DNA of 64,000 nt from Candidatus Effluviviaceae Genus I sp. (GCA_016867725.1 VGIX01000001.1:99575-163574), one strand, 5' to 3'; shown: positions 54,720 through 62,799, numbered from the stretch's first letter. Program-made: numbers and translations. Notes: generated from the sequence alone by a model not told the origin.

Positions 54720-56726
54720 CTACTTCAGAAGCGCCATCTTCGTCGTGCGCGTCTCGCCGGCCCCCGAGAGCCGCGCGAAGTACACGCCGGACGCCAGCGC
54801 GCGACCGCCGTCGTCCGTCCCGTCCCACGCGATCGCGTGCGGCCCGGCGGCAAGATCACCGTCCACGAGCGTGCGCACCGCGCGGCCGTTCACGTTGTGC
54901 ACGGCCAGCGTCACGCGGCCCGCGTCGGCCGGCACGGTGAAGGCCAGCGTCGTCGTCGGGTTGAACGGGTTCGGGAAGTTCTGCCTGAGCGCGAGCGTCG
55001 TGACCGGCGGCGTCTCGGGCACGCCGGTCGGGATCGGCCCGAACCAGTGCAGGATGCGGTTCATGAGCGTCCGCTGGTTGTTCGGGTCGGCCGCGGCCGT
55101 CTTCACGCACTCGAACGGGAACGACGTGAACACGACGCGGTGGCCGCGGCCCGCGGCCTTCAGCGCCTTGATGCCGTTCGCGGCCGTGAAGATGCCGTCG
55201 GCGGACGCGTTGAGTTCAACGCTCTCGCTCCCCGACACCGAGAACGGCCCGCCGGTGATCCCGAGGGACATCCCGTCGGAGATCGGATCCCCAGCCACGC
55301 CCGTCATAATGAAGCCGCCCGTGTTGTTCGACCACGAGGCGATGTGCAGGTAGTCGCTGGTGAAGGTCGTCGCCCCGGTGCGGCTGCTCAGATACCCCAT
55401 GCTCGAGAGGAACAGGTTCCCGCCGCCGTCCAGGTACGCGGCCATCGCGGCTTCGTTTGCCGCGTTGATGGCCGACCCGTCGGTGTTGGCGGTCGTCCAG
55501 AAGACCGCCCAGAAGTCGTTCAGGAGGAGCTGCAGCGGTCTCCCCTTCGCGCTCGCGTCCCACACGAGCGGCGTGTACCCGTTGTCGAGGACGGCCTGCC
55601 TGAGGTGGCTCTCGTACGAGGCACCTCCGTCGTCGTCCACGATGAGGATGGACGGGAGGTCCACGAACACGCCGAACGACGCGCTGGCCGTCTTCAAAGC
55701 GTTGGTTCTACTCGTCGCCGTCAGCGTCGCGGTCCCGAGCCCCCGCACGGTGCCGATGAAGTCCGAGATCTCCACGGAGAACCGCTTCTCCTCGCCTGCC
55801 TCGAAGTGGTAGGTCTGCGCCGTGATCCAGCACACGTCGTCCGGATCACACGCGATCGCGAGCCACTCGTATGGGCCGACCTCAGGCGGGAAGACCGACG
55901 AGAGGCTGACCCTGATCGAGTCGGCCACGGTGCCGGTGTTCTTGATCTTCGCGAAGAACTTCCTGCTCTCGAGGTATCCCATCTCCGCGGCGTACGATTC
56001 GGGCGACATGCCCACGCCGTACGGCTCGCGCATGCACTGCGCGTTCACGATGAGCCGCGGCGACTCGACCTTCTCGATGAACGCCGCAATCCACACGTTC
56101 GCGTGGTTCCACGACGAACTCAGGACAAGGCTACGGTAGACGGTCACCGAGTCGCCGACGGCCGAGAGCGTCACGTTCTCCGTCGGCAGCATCTTGCGCA
56201 CCGTCCATGGGTAGTCCGTCCCGATGTTCTCGTACACGACGAACTGGGCGCGGAGCGGACCGAGAGTGTGAGGTTCGACGGCCTTGAACGTGGCCTCGAT
56301 CCACGTCGTCCCGGGGTCGTCCACCACGAGGCCCTTCGTCCTCATGACGATCGGCGTCGAAGCTGCCTTTCGGGCCGCGTAAATGGGTTCGTAGGTATCG
56401 CGCACGGTCGAACCCGCTCCGATGACCTCGACCACCGAGTCCCAGTCGACCTCGGGGATGCCGCCCACCCCGTAGTAGGTGGCGCGCGCCTGCGTCTCGG
56501 TCGTGGAGTAGGCGTCGTTCAGGTGGTAGTAGAGGACGACGAGGTTGTCCTTGCCGTAGTCGTTCTGCATTGCCTGGAGCGCCGCACGGGCGTTCGGGCA
56601 GTACCCTCACCACGTGGCCCCGAACAGCTCCGCGAGGACCGCCCGCTCCGCCGGCACGGCCGTCACCGCGCCGCCGAGCAGCAGGGCCGCTGCGAGTCCG
56701 ATCATCGCCGAACGCTTCATCGTCAT
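54720..56726 (-). CDS. Secreted Omp28-related thioredoxin-fold selenoprotein (UxxC) with FlgD-Ig/T9SS-like C-terminal tail, 668 aa
   Basis: GGAAGGGAG-ACC-ATG at 56726, signal peptide MTMKRSAMIGLAAALLLGGAVTAVPA, then ERAVLAELFGATW-U(TGA 56609-56607)-GYCPNA, in frame with track ORF 54720..56570; R..YY.V.G.P; tail QNFPNPFNP...WDGTD..G...ASGVYF...KMALLK. Confidence 0.9.
56571..56600 (-). promoter_or_regulatory. SECIS-like hairpin of the Omp28-like selenoprotein
   Basis: UGCC..GA.CGCC-[CGUGC]-GGCG.UC..GGCA; loop begins 18 nt after the UGA with G at loop position 2. Confidence 0.65.
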
Positions 56727-56813
56727 GGTCTCCCTTCCTGGCGATGCGTTGGCCTTCTCTCGGGGTTCCGGCGCCGTGTGCGTGGGGTGTCGGCATCCCC
56801 GCTCTCGTGCCTG

Positions 56814-57872
56814 TTATCGTCCTCCAAGTCGCGCAGCCTGCAGGGCTTCCTTGGTCAGGTCGTCCTGCACGAACGCGATCACACTCAGATTGGCCGTGTT
56901 CCACGACGGACTCACGGCGAACGACCGCGTCACGACCGCGGAGTCGCCCACGGACGCAACGCTCAGCGGCTCGTCGTCGAGGAGGTCGCGCGCGACGAAG
57001 TCGTACACGCTCGACGCCACGACGACGTGGTCCTCGATGACGACGACCCTGAGCACGGCCTCGGTCGTCGTGAGCGCCTCGCGGACCTTCACGGTCACCG
57101 TCACGCTGCCCGACGCCGCGCTCCCCGCCATCCGCATCGAGACCGGCGAGCCGAAGGTCCTCCGGTGGTCGATCTCCATGCGGTAGGCCGCGGCCGCGGT
57201 GGACGGCGACCCGGCGCCCTGGACGATGCGCGCGACGTCCCCGTCGAAGATCACCGCGGGCCATGTGTTCCACGAAGGCCCCATGTACCAGTCGATCCTC
57301 GCATTCGTCTCGGGCGTCCCGAGCGGGTCGGCCGGCGGGAGAAGATCGTGATACGCGATCACGCACAGGTTGCCCGCGCCGTACTCGCCGAGCACCGTGT
57401 GGAGGCCGGCCTCGGCGTTCGGGCAGTTGGCGCACGGGCGCGTCGTGAGAAGCTCCGCCAGCACGACGCGCGGGACGAGCCCGCCCGCCGGCCCGACCGC
57501 GAACGAGCACGCGGCCGGCGTCGGGTCAAGGTCGCCGTCGTTGTCCAGGGCGGCGACCTCGAACAGGTAGTCTCCCTCGGCGACCGCCGGCAGCACGAGC
57601 TCTGTGGCCGTCGTCTCCCCGGTCAGCGTGTCGTTGAGGGACCAGACGTACTTCACCACCGCCCCGTCGGGGTCGCTGCCGCTCCATGCGATGAGCGCGT
57701 CCGCGCCCGCCACGACCGCGCCAGGCGCCGGGCACGCCTCCATGACCGTCTCCGGGAGGAGGTTCACCTCGGCCGGGGAGTGGAACCAGTCGCAGCCGGC
57801 GGCAAGCGCCAGCGCCGCGAGCGCGGCCGCGCCCGCCCGACCCCACCACCGTCCGGTCCGCGTCCTCGCCAC
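56814..57872 (-). CDS. Lipoprotein with Ig-like domain and Omp28-like CxxC thioredoxin-fold domain
   Basis: AGGAGG-GTG start; lipobox LAAG-C; WSGSDPDG...FEV.A.DNDG..DPTPA; VVLAELLTTRPCANCPNA, IAYH, P...FDG, VIAFVQD...KE.LQA. Confidence 0.85.
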   Translation of the reverse strand: MARTRTGRWWGRAGAAALAALALAAGCDWFHSPAEVNLLPETVMEACPAPGAVVAGADALIAWSGSDPDGAVVKYVWSLNDTLTGETTATELVLPAVAEGDYLFEVAALDNDGDLDPTPAACSFAVGPAGGLVPRVVLAELLTTRPCANCPNAEAGLHTVLGEYGAGNLCVIAYHDLLPPADPLGTPETNARIDWYMGPSWNTWPAVIFDGDVARIVQGAGSPSTAAAAYRMEIDHRRTFGSPVSMRMAGSAASGSVTVTVKVREALTTTEAVLRVVVIEDHVVVASSVYDFVARDLLDDEPLSVASVGDSAVVTRSFAVSPSWNTANLSVIAFVQDDLTKEALQAARLGGR

Positions 57873-57880
57873 GCCCCCTC

Positions 57881-59356
57881 CTAGAAGTACGCGCTCAGCC
57901 GAACGCGCACGCCCTCGAACTCCGGCTCGAACCAGCAGACGCCGCCGGCGCACTTCTTCCCGCCACGCTGCGTGCCCGCGCCGAACAGCACCTCGACGTC
58001 GTCGGAGAGCCGCTTCTTGAGCTCCGCCGAGAACCACGCCTCGCGCTCCTCGAAGTCGGCCGTGCTCCGCTCGAACACCGCGGACACGGTGAGGTCGGCG
58101 CGCGCGTACCATGTGAGCGACCCCATGTAGTCGGTGTAGGCGGAGCCGGTGACGTCGTCGGTCGAGCCGATCTCGATGCCGAGCTCGGCCCTCTGCTCGG
58201 CCGGAAGCTCCACGTCGAACTCCGCCGCGCCGATCAGATGCTCCGTGAACTTCCCCAGCAGATACTCGCGGGACCACGACCCCGCCACGGCCCCGCTCAC
58301 CGACGCGGCGAGCGAATGCGAGAGTTCGCCGAAGATCTCCCAGTGCGACAGGTTCCCGGAGTGCGTCCTCGCCTCCGACGCGCCCGCCGTGAGCGAGAGC
58401 GCGTCGCCGACCGGCAGCGTGCCCTCGCCGAGGAACCCGCGCTCGTCATCGAGGCTGATCTCGTACGTGGCCCGGTTCATGAGGGTCCACGGGTGCTCGC
58501 GCACGCACGTCGGCGGGTTGATCAGGTGGTGCGAGAAGAGGTCATAGTCCTTGAACTCGCCGAAGAGCGTGAGCAGCCCGAGGTCGAACGTCCCCGAGAG
58601 GTACAGAGCACGGCCCTCGCCCGCCTCCGCGCCCGTGACCGGGTTCTCGACGTCGCGCCTGGCGTACTCGCCGGACAGGGCGACGCGGCCGAGCCAGAGG
58701 TCCACGGCGCCGTCGAGCACGACGTCCTCACGGCGGGCCTGCGCGGGCGGAAGAACGAGGTTCGCGTCGGCGTCCTCCCACGAGCGCTCCACCGCGCGAG
58801 CGGAGAGCCGCACCCAGTCCCAGGGCGCGGCGGCAGCCTCGAGCCCCCGCACCGTGTGCTCGCGGGTGCGGACCCTCGAGAGCGGCTCGCTCACGACGCC
58901 GGAAACCGCCGTGAACGCGAGCGGCCCCGTCCCATAGCCGATGAGGACGCCATCGAGCGCCGTGTCGTGCTCGAGGTCGGTCTGCTCGTAGCTCCGGAGA
59001 GCGAGCCCCTTCCCGAAGGTGCAGAAGAAGCTGCCCGCGCGGGCCGACAGCGACTCGTTGCGGAACTCGGCGTACCGGTGCCTGACCTCCGAGCGGGGGA
59101 TGTCCTTCTGCGCCGGACTGTAGCCGGGGTCCGAGAGCTGGTACGCGCGATACGTCGCGCCGAGGAGGAACCGTCCGACCTCGATGCCGAACTCAACGCG
59201 CCCGTCGAACACCGAGCCGTCCAGATCGACGTTGTGGAGGTACTCGCCGTCGACCGATCCCCTCACGGTGACGTCGCCCGCGTCGAACGACGACGCGGGG
59301 AGCGCCCAGGCGAGCGAGGCTCCGAGGGCTGCGAGGACGGTCGCGATCCGCTTCAC
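57881..59356 (-). CDS. Outer-membrane beta-barrel, DUF6029-like
   Basis: Signal peptide, amphipathic beta-strands, G.F..TFG.GL.LRSYE...D..LDG, C-terminal GGKKCAGGVC..EP.FEG......F (terminal Phe). Confidence 0.8.
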   Translation of the reverse strand: MKRIATVLAALGASLAWALPASSFDAGDVTVRGSVDGEYLHNVDLDGSVFDGRVEFGIEVGRFLLGATYRAYQLSDPGYSPAQKDIPRSEVRHRYAEFRNESLSARAGSFFCTFGKGLALRSYEQTDLEHDTALDGVLIGYGTGPLAFTAVSGVVSEPLSRVRTREHTVRGLEAAAAPWDWVRLSARAVERSWEDADANLVLPPAQARREDVVLDGAVDLWLGRVALSGEYARRDVENPVTGAEAGEGRALYLSGTFDLGLLTLFGEFKDYDLFSHHLINPPTCVREHPWTLMNRATYEISLDDERGFLGEGTLPVGDALSLTAGASEARTHSGNLSHWEIFGELSHSLAASVSGAVAGSWSREYLLGKFTEHLIGAAEFDVELPAEQRAELGIEIGSTDDVTGSAYTDYMGSLTWYARADLTVSAVFERSTADFEEREAWFSAELKKRLSDDVEVLFGAGTQRGGKKCAGGVCWFEPEFEGVRVRLSAYF

Positions 59357-59359
59357 GCG

Positions 59360-59896
59360 CTACTCCTGCTTGGTCCGCTCGGGGCAGCCCGCCGGGAGGA
59401 GCGAGCGCACCGCCGCGTCGAGCTCGGCGTGGTTCTGCGGCCGGTATCCGGCCGTCGCGTAGACGATCTCCCCCTTCGTGTTGATGAGGACTGTGCGGGG
59501 GACCGCCGACACGTGGAACTTCCGGGCCACGTCCTGCGACGTGTCGAGCACGACGTCGAACGTGTGCCCCTTGGAGGCGATGAGCGCCCCGACGCGCGAG
59601 GCCGACTTCGGGCCGTCGATGGACACCGCGACGACGCGCAGGCCGCAGTCGGCATACTTGTCGAGCACCTGCTGCAGGTCCGGGAAGGCCTTGATGCAGG
59701 GCTTGCACCAGGTCGCCCAGAAGTCGACGACGACCGGCCCGCCCTTCAGAAGCTCCGACAGCGTGAGGGACTTGCCCTCGACGTTCGGCAGCGTGAAGTC
59801 GGGCGCCTTGGTCGGCGTCGCGCCGAAGGCGCACGTCGCCGCCACGAGCAACACGGCGGCCCAGCCGCTTGTGCCTACACCTCGCCTCTTGGTCAT
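59360..59896 (-). CDS. Exported TlpA/ResA-like thiol-disulfide oxidoreductase
   Basis: Signal peptide, APDFTL, DFWATWCKPC, VP.T.LI. Confidence 0.92.
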   Translation of the reverse strand: MTKRRGVGTSGWAAVLLVAATCAFGATPTKAPDFTLPNVEGKSLTLSELLKGGPVVVDFWATWCKPCIKAFPDLQQVLDKYADCGLRVVAVSIDGPKSASRVGALIASKGHTFDVVLDTSQDVARKFHVSAVPRTVLINTKGEIVYATAGYRPQNHAELDAAVRSLLPAGCPERTKQE

Positions 59897-59922
59897 GAGT
59901 TCCCCCTGACCTTTCCTAACTG

Positions 59923-59951
59923 ATTATACCACCATGAATAGCGTTGGTCAA
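59923..59951 (-). promoter_or_regulatory. Sigma70 promoter of the tlpA-DUF6029-Omp28 operon
   Basis: TTGACC-17 nt-TATAAT in an AT-rich patch. Confidence 0.8.
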
Positions 59952-59974
59952 GGACGCTTCGGGGCGGTGACCGC

Positions 59975-60640
59975 TCAGGGTCCGGCTCCCACGGCGTGCG
60001 CGGGCTCGCATGCGGGCGCTCCGCCCAGGCGGCAGAGGATTCTGTCGAGCGTCTCCTCGATGGCGCCCTCGTCGGAGACGAGATCGACGCCGTCGGTCTC
60101 GAGCGTCAGCACGCTGGTCGCCCGGGCCGCACGCGCGCTCCAGTCGTCGTAGGCGGAGTTCAACGCGTCCAGGTAGCCCGCCGAGATCTCCTTCTCGCAG
60201 TCGCGCCCGCGGCAGCGTATCCGCTCGAACAGGCTGGGCACGTCCGCGCGAAGGTACACGACGAGGTCCGGAACCCTGAGGAAGCTCGTCATCGCGTCGA
60301 AGAGCGCCACGTAGTTGGCGTAATCGCGGTCGGCCATGAAGCCCTGGCGATGCAGTGTCGCCGCGAAGATCTCCTTGTCCTCGTAGATCGTCCTGTCCTG
60401 AATGCACGGCTCGCCGAGCCGGACCATGTCGCGGTGGATCTCGAAGCGCTTCGAGAGGAAGTACACCTGCAGGTGGAAGGCCCAGCGCGTCATGTCGGCG
60501 TAGAAGTCGTCCAGGTACGGATTGTCGATGACAGGCTCGTAGTACGCGCGCCAGCCGAGGCGGTTGGCGAGGAGCGTCGTGAGGTGCGTCTTGCCCACAC
60601 CGATGTTGCCCGCCACGGCAACGAACTGACCGGGTCGCAT
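59975..60640 (-). CDS. Deoxynucleoside kinase (dAK/dGK family)
   Basis: AGNIGVGKT, NPYL.DFY, LQ.YFL..RF, QDRTIYED, R...RGR..E. Confidence 0.93.
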   Translation of the reverse strand: MRPGQFVAVAGNIGVGKTHLTTLLANRLGWRAYYEPVIDNPYLDDFYADMTRWAFHLQVYFLSKRFEIHRDMVRLGEPCIQDRTIYEDKEIFAATLHRQGFMADRDYANYVALFDAMTSFLRVPDLVVYLRADVPSLFERIRCRGRDCEKEISAGYLDALNSAYDDWSARAARATSVLTLETDGVDLVSDEGAIEETLDRILCRLGGAPACEPAHAVGAGP

Positions 60641-60699
60641 GGAGGCGCTCCGGGAACGAGGGCTGCGTCTGTCGGGAGCCTCGCCGTCGAGGCGCCCAG

Positions 60700-60728
60700 A
60701 ATCTATTCCCGGCGCGCGCCAGTGTCAA
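60700..60728 (-). promoter_or_regulatory. Sigma70 promoter of the deoxynucleoside kinase gene
   Basis: TTGACA-17 nt-TAGATT. Confidence 0.7.
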
Positions 60729-60734
60729 CGGCTT

Positions 60735-61127
60735 TCACGGGAGGACCGCGACGCGCGTGCCGGGACCGACCACGCTCGCGACAACGACGAGGTCCTCGTT
60801 CCGCAGACGGACGCAGCCGAGCGTGCAGCGCGTGCCGACGGTGTCCGGCTCGTCGGTCCCGTGGATGCCGATGCCGGTCCACGGCGGCGTCGCGAGTCTG
60901 ATGAAGAGGGGGCCGTAGGCGCGCCTGCCGTCGTGCTCCCAGTCGCTCGAGTCCTCGATCGAGACGACCTCGAACTCCCCCTCGGGCGTGCGGCAGTCCC
61001 CCTCGGCCTTCTTGTCCGCGCCGTCGGGGTTCGCGCCGATCGCCGCGGGGAACCTCAGCGTGCCCTCGGCCGTCTCGAGCTCGAGCACGAAGGCCGACTT
61101 CCGCACGACGACCCGCGGCAGCGTCAC
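60735..61127 (-). CDS. Stand-alone L,D-transpeptidase (YkuD) catalytic domain
   Basis: K..EGD.RTPEG.F, IGIHGT......G..CTLGCVRL.N.D; no signal peptide. Confidence 0.88.
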   Translation of the reverse strand: MTLPRVVVRKSAFVLELETAEGTLRFPAAIGANPDGADKKAEGDCRTPEGEFEVVSIEDSSDWEHDGRRAYGPLFIRLATPPWTGIGIHGTDEPDTVGTRCTLGCVRLRNEDLVVVASVVGPGTRVAVLP

Positions 61128-61294
61128 TGCCCTTTCCTCCCGCCGCCGTCCTTCTCAGCCTCGCTCGCCCGCTCCGCGGGCCTGCACGCGCCTCGCAGTC
61201 AGGTGGAGACGCCGAGGCGCGGGAGCACGACGAGCTGCAGGATGAGCCACGCCGCCAGGAAGACCACCGGGAACGCCACGTTCGACCATCTCAC
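61124..61294 (-). CDS. Putative 56-aa single-TM micro-selenoprotein (U-x4-C)
   Basis: GGAGG-7 nt-GTG; MRWSNVAFPVVFLAAWLILQLVVLPRLGVST-U(TGA 61201-61199)-LRGACRPAERASEAEKDGGGRKGQ*; the read-through stop overlaps the ldt start as GTGA. Confidence 0.72.
61167..61181 (-). promoter_or_regulatory. SECIS-like hairpin of the micro-selenoprotein
   Basis: Perfect GCCCGC-[GGA]-GCGGGC; loop 23 nt after the UGA; same C-GGA-G apex as the selD hairpin. Confidence 0.65.
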
Positions 61295-61322
61295 CGCACG
61301 ACCTCCGCCTGGGGCCGGCACC

Positions 61323-61348
61323 CGGGCGCGCCCGTCGGGGCGCGCCCG
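61323..61348. terminator. Perfect 11-bp intergenic hairpin
   Basis: CGGGCGCGCCC-gtcg-GGGCGCGCCCG between tlpA and the micro-selenoprotein gene; no U-tract. Confidence 0.45.
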
Positions 61349-61372
61349 TTCGCCCGGCCGATTGCCTCTCCC

Positions 61373-61978
61373 CTACACCTCCTGCGGCGCGCCCTCGATG
61401 AGCTTCACGACCTCCTCACGGAGCGCATTCCCGATGGCCGGGGTGAACCCCACGTGCTTCGCCGCGATCCTCCCGTCCGGGCCGATCACGAACGTCATGG
61501 GGATCGAGCTGACCTTGTAGGACGCCGCGACGGGCTTGTCTCCGACGAGCACAGGATACGAGACCTTGTTGGCCGCGGCGAAGGGCCTCAGCACGTCGGC
61601 TCCACCGTCGTCGAGTCCGATGCCGACGACCACGAGCCCCCGGTCCCTGAACTCCTCGTACAGCCCGACGAGGAACGGGATCTCCTGGCGACAGGGCGGA
61701 CACCACGTCGCCCACAGGTCCAGCACCACGACCTTGCCCTGGAAGTCGGACAGCGAGACATCCCGCCCGTCGACGTCCTTGAGCGTGAAGGGCGGCGGCG
61801 TCATCCCGACGTCAACGCCGACGGCCGCCGAGCCCGGAACAGCGGACCCGCCGCTCGCCTCGCCTTGCGTTGCTGCATCCGCGCCGGCCGGGGGCGTCTC
61901 CTGCCTTGAGCATCCCGCCGCGGCGAGGACCGCCACCGTGAGCATCCCGACCGCAAGCCACCTCAAGAACTGCGCCAT
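61373..61978 (-). CDS. TlpA/ResA-like thiol-disulfide oxidoreductase lipoprotein
   Basis: Lipobox AAG-C, low-complexity linker, P.FTL.D..G..VSLSDF.GKVV..D.WATWCPPC..EIP. Confidence 0.92.
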   Translation of the reverse strand: MAQFLRWLAVGMLTVAVLAAAGCSRQETPPAGADAATQGEASGGSAVPGSAAVGVDVGMTPPPFTLKDVDGRDVSLSDFQGKVVVLDLWATWCPPCRQEIPFLVGLYEEFRDRGLVVVGIGLDDGGADVLRPFAAANKVSYPVLVGDKPVAASYKVSSIPMTFVIGPDGRIAAKHVGFTPAIGNALREEVVKLIEGAPQEV

Positions 61979-62038
61979 GTCACTCCCCCTTCTTTGCTGT
62001 TGCGCCGAGCCCGCCGGCCTCGCAGCCGGCCCTTGCCG

Positions 62039-62371
62039 TCAACCCGCGATCGCGTTGATGCGCTTCTGGATGGTCTCCTTCGGGCCGGCACCGACCATCC
62101 TGTCGACCTCCGCCCCACCCTTGAAGAAGATGAGTGTCGGGATGCCCCGCACGCCGAACCGCTGCGCGAGCCCCGGGTTGTCGTCGACGTTGACCTTTAC
62201 GACCTTCGCCTTGCCCTGGTTCCCCGCCGCGATCTCCTCGAGCACGGGCCCCACCATCCGGCACGGTCCGCACCACGGGGCCCAGAAGTCCGCGACGACC
62301 GGGACCGCCGACGTCGCGACCTCGGCGTCGAACGTCGCCTCGCTCACATCCACGGTCTTCGCTGATCCCAT
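62039..62371 (-). CDS. trxA: Thioredoxin
   Basis: DFWAPWCGPC, VNVD.N, GIPTL..FK.G. Confidence 0.96.
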   Translation of the reverse strand: MGSAKTVDVSEATFDAEVATSAVPVVADFWAPWCGPCRMVGPVLEEIAAGNQGKAKVVKVNVDDNPGLAQRFGVRGIPTLIFFKGGAEVDRMVGAGPKETIQKRINAIAG

Positions 62372-62373
62372 GT

Positions 62374-62715
62374 TCACACCCCCTTCGCCTTGCGAGCGCC
62401 TCCGAGCGCGGCCGCGACGATCGCGGCCGCCGGACCTTCGTTCAGCCGATAGCACACGAGATGGCCGCGTCGCTCCGCCGAGATGAGCCCCGCGTACCGC
62501 AGCCTCGTCAGGTGCTGTGACACGGACGGCTGCGGAATGCCCAGGAGCTCCTCCATGCGCTTGACGCACAGCTCTCCGTCGCACAGGAGGGAGACGATCC
62601 GAACGCGCACCGGATGCGCCAGGGCCCGGAAGACGGCCGCGGCGTCATCGAGCTCCGCCGCGTTGCCGGGTCCCTCCTCGCCGACCTGTCCGAACCTCTT
62701 CGCCCCGGACCGCAC
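62374..62715 (-). CDS. ArsR/SmtB family transcriptional regulator
   Basis: F.ALAHP.R..I, ELCV, QP.VSQHL..LR..GL...ERRG..V.Y; GGAGGAG-8 nt-GTG start. Confidence 0.92.
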   Translation of the reverse strand: MRSGAKRFGQVGEEGPGNAAELDDAAAVFRALAHPVRVRIVSLLCDGELCVKRMEELLGIPQPSVSQHLTRLRYAGLISAERRGHLVCYRLNEGPAAAIVAAALGGARKAKGV

Positions 62716-62742
62716 CAGTACGGCTCCTCCCATGCAGGAGAA

Positions 62743-62788
62743 CATTCAATAGTGCTGATATTATACTCATCGAATGCTGAGCTGTCAA
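62743..62788 (-). promoter_or_regulatory. Perfect-consensus sigma70 promoter with overlapping inverted repeat (probable ArsR operator)
   Basis: TTGACA(62788-62783)-17 nt-TATAAT(62765-62760); CATTCAAT (62743-62750) and ATCGAATG (62769-62776) form an inverted repeat flanking the -10. Confidence 0.8.
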
Positions 62789-62799
62789 GCCCTAGGCTG

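Noticed and set aside
54720..56726. Pseudogene or nonsense-mutation reading of the Omp28-like gene, or a start at 56570
   Set aside because: The single TGA lies precisely at the first position of the CxxC motif, the rest of the frame is intact, and the 56570 start would lack a signal peptide despite the secretion tail.
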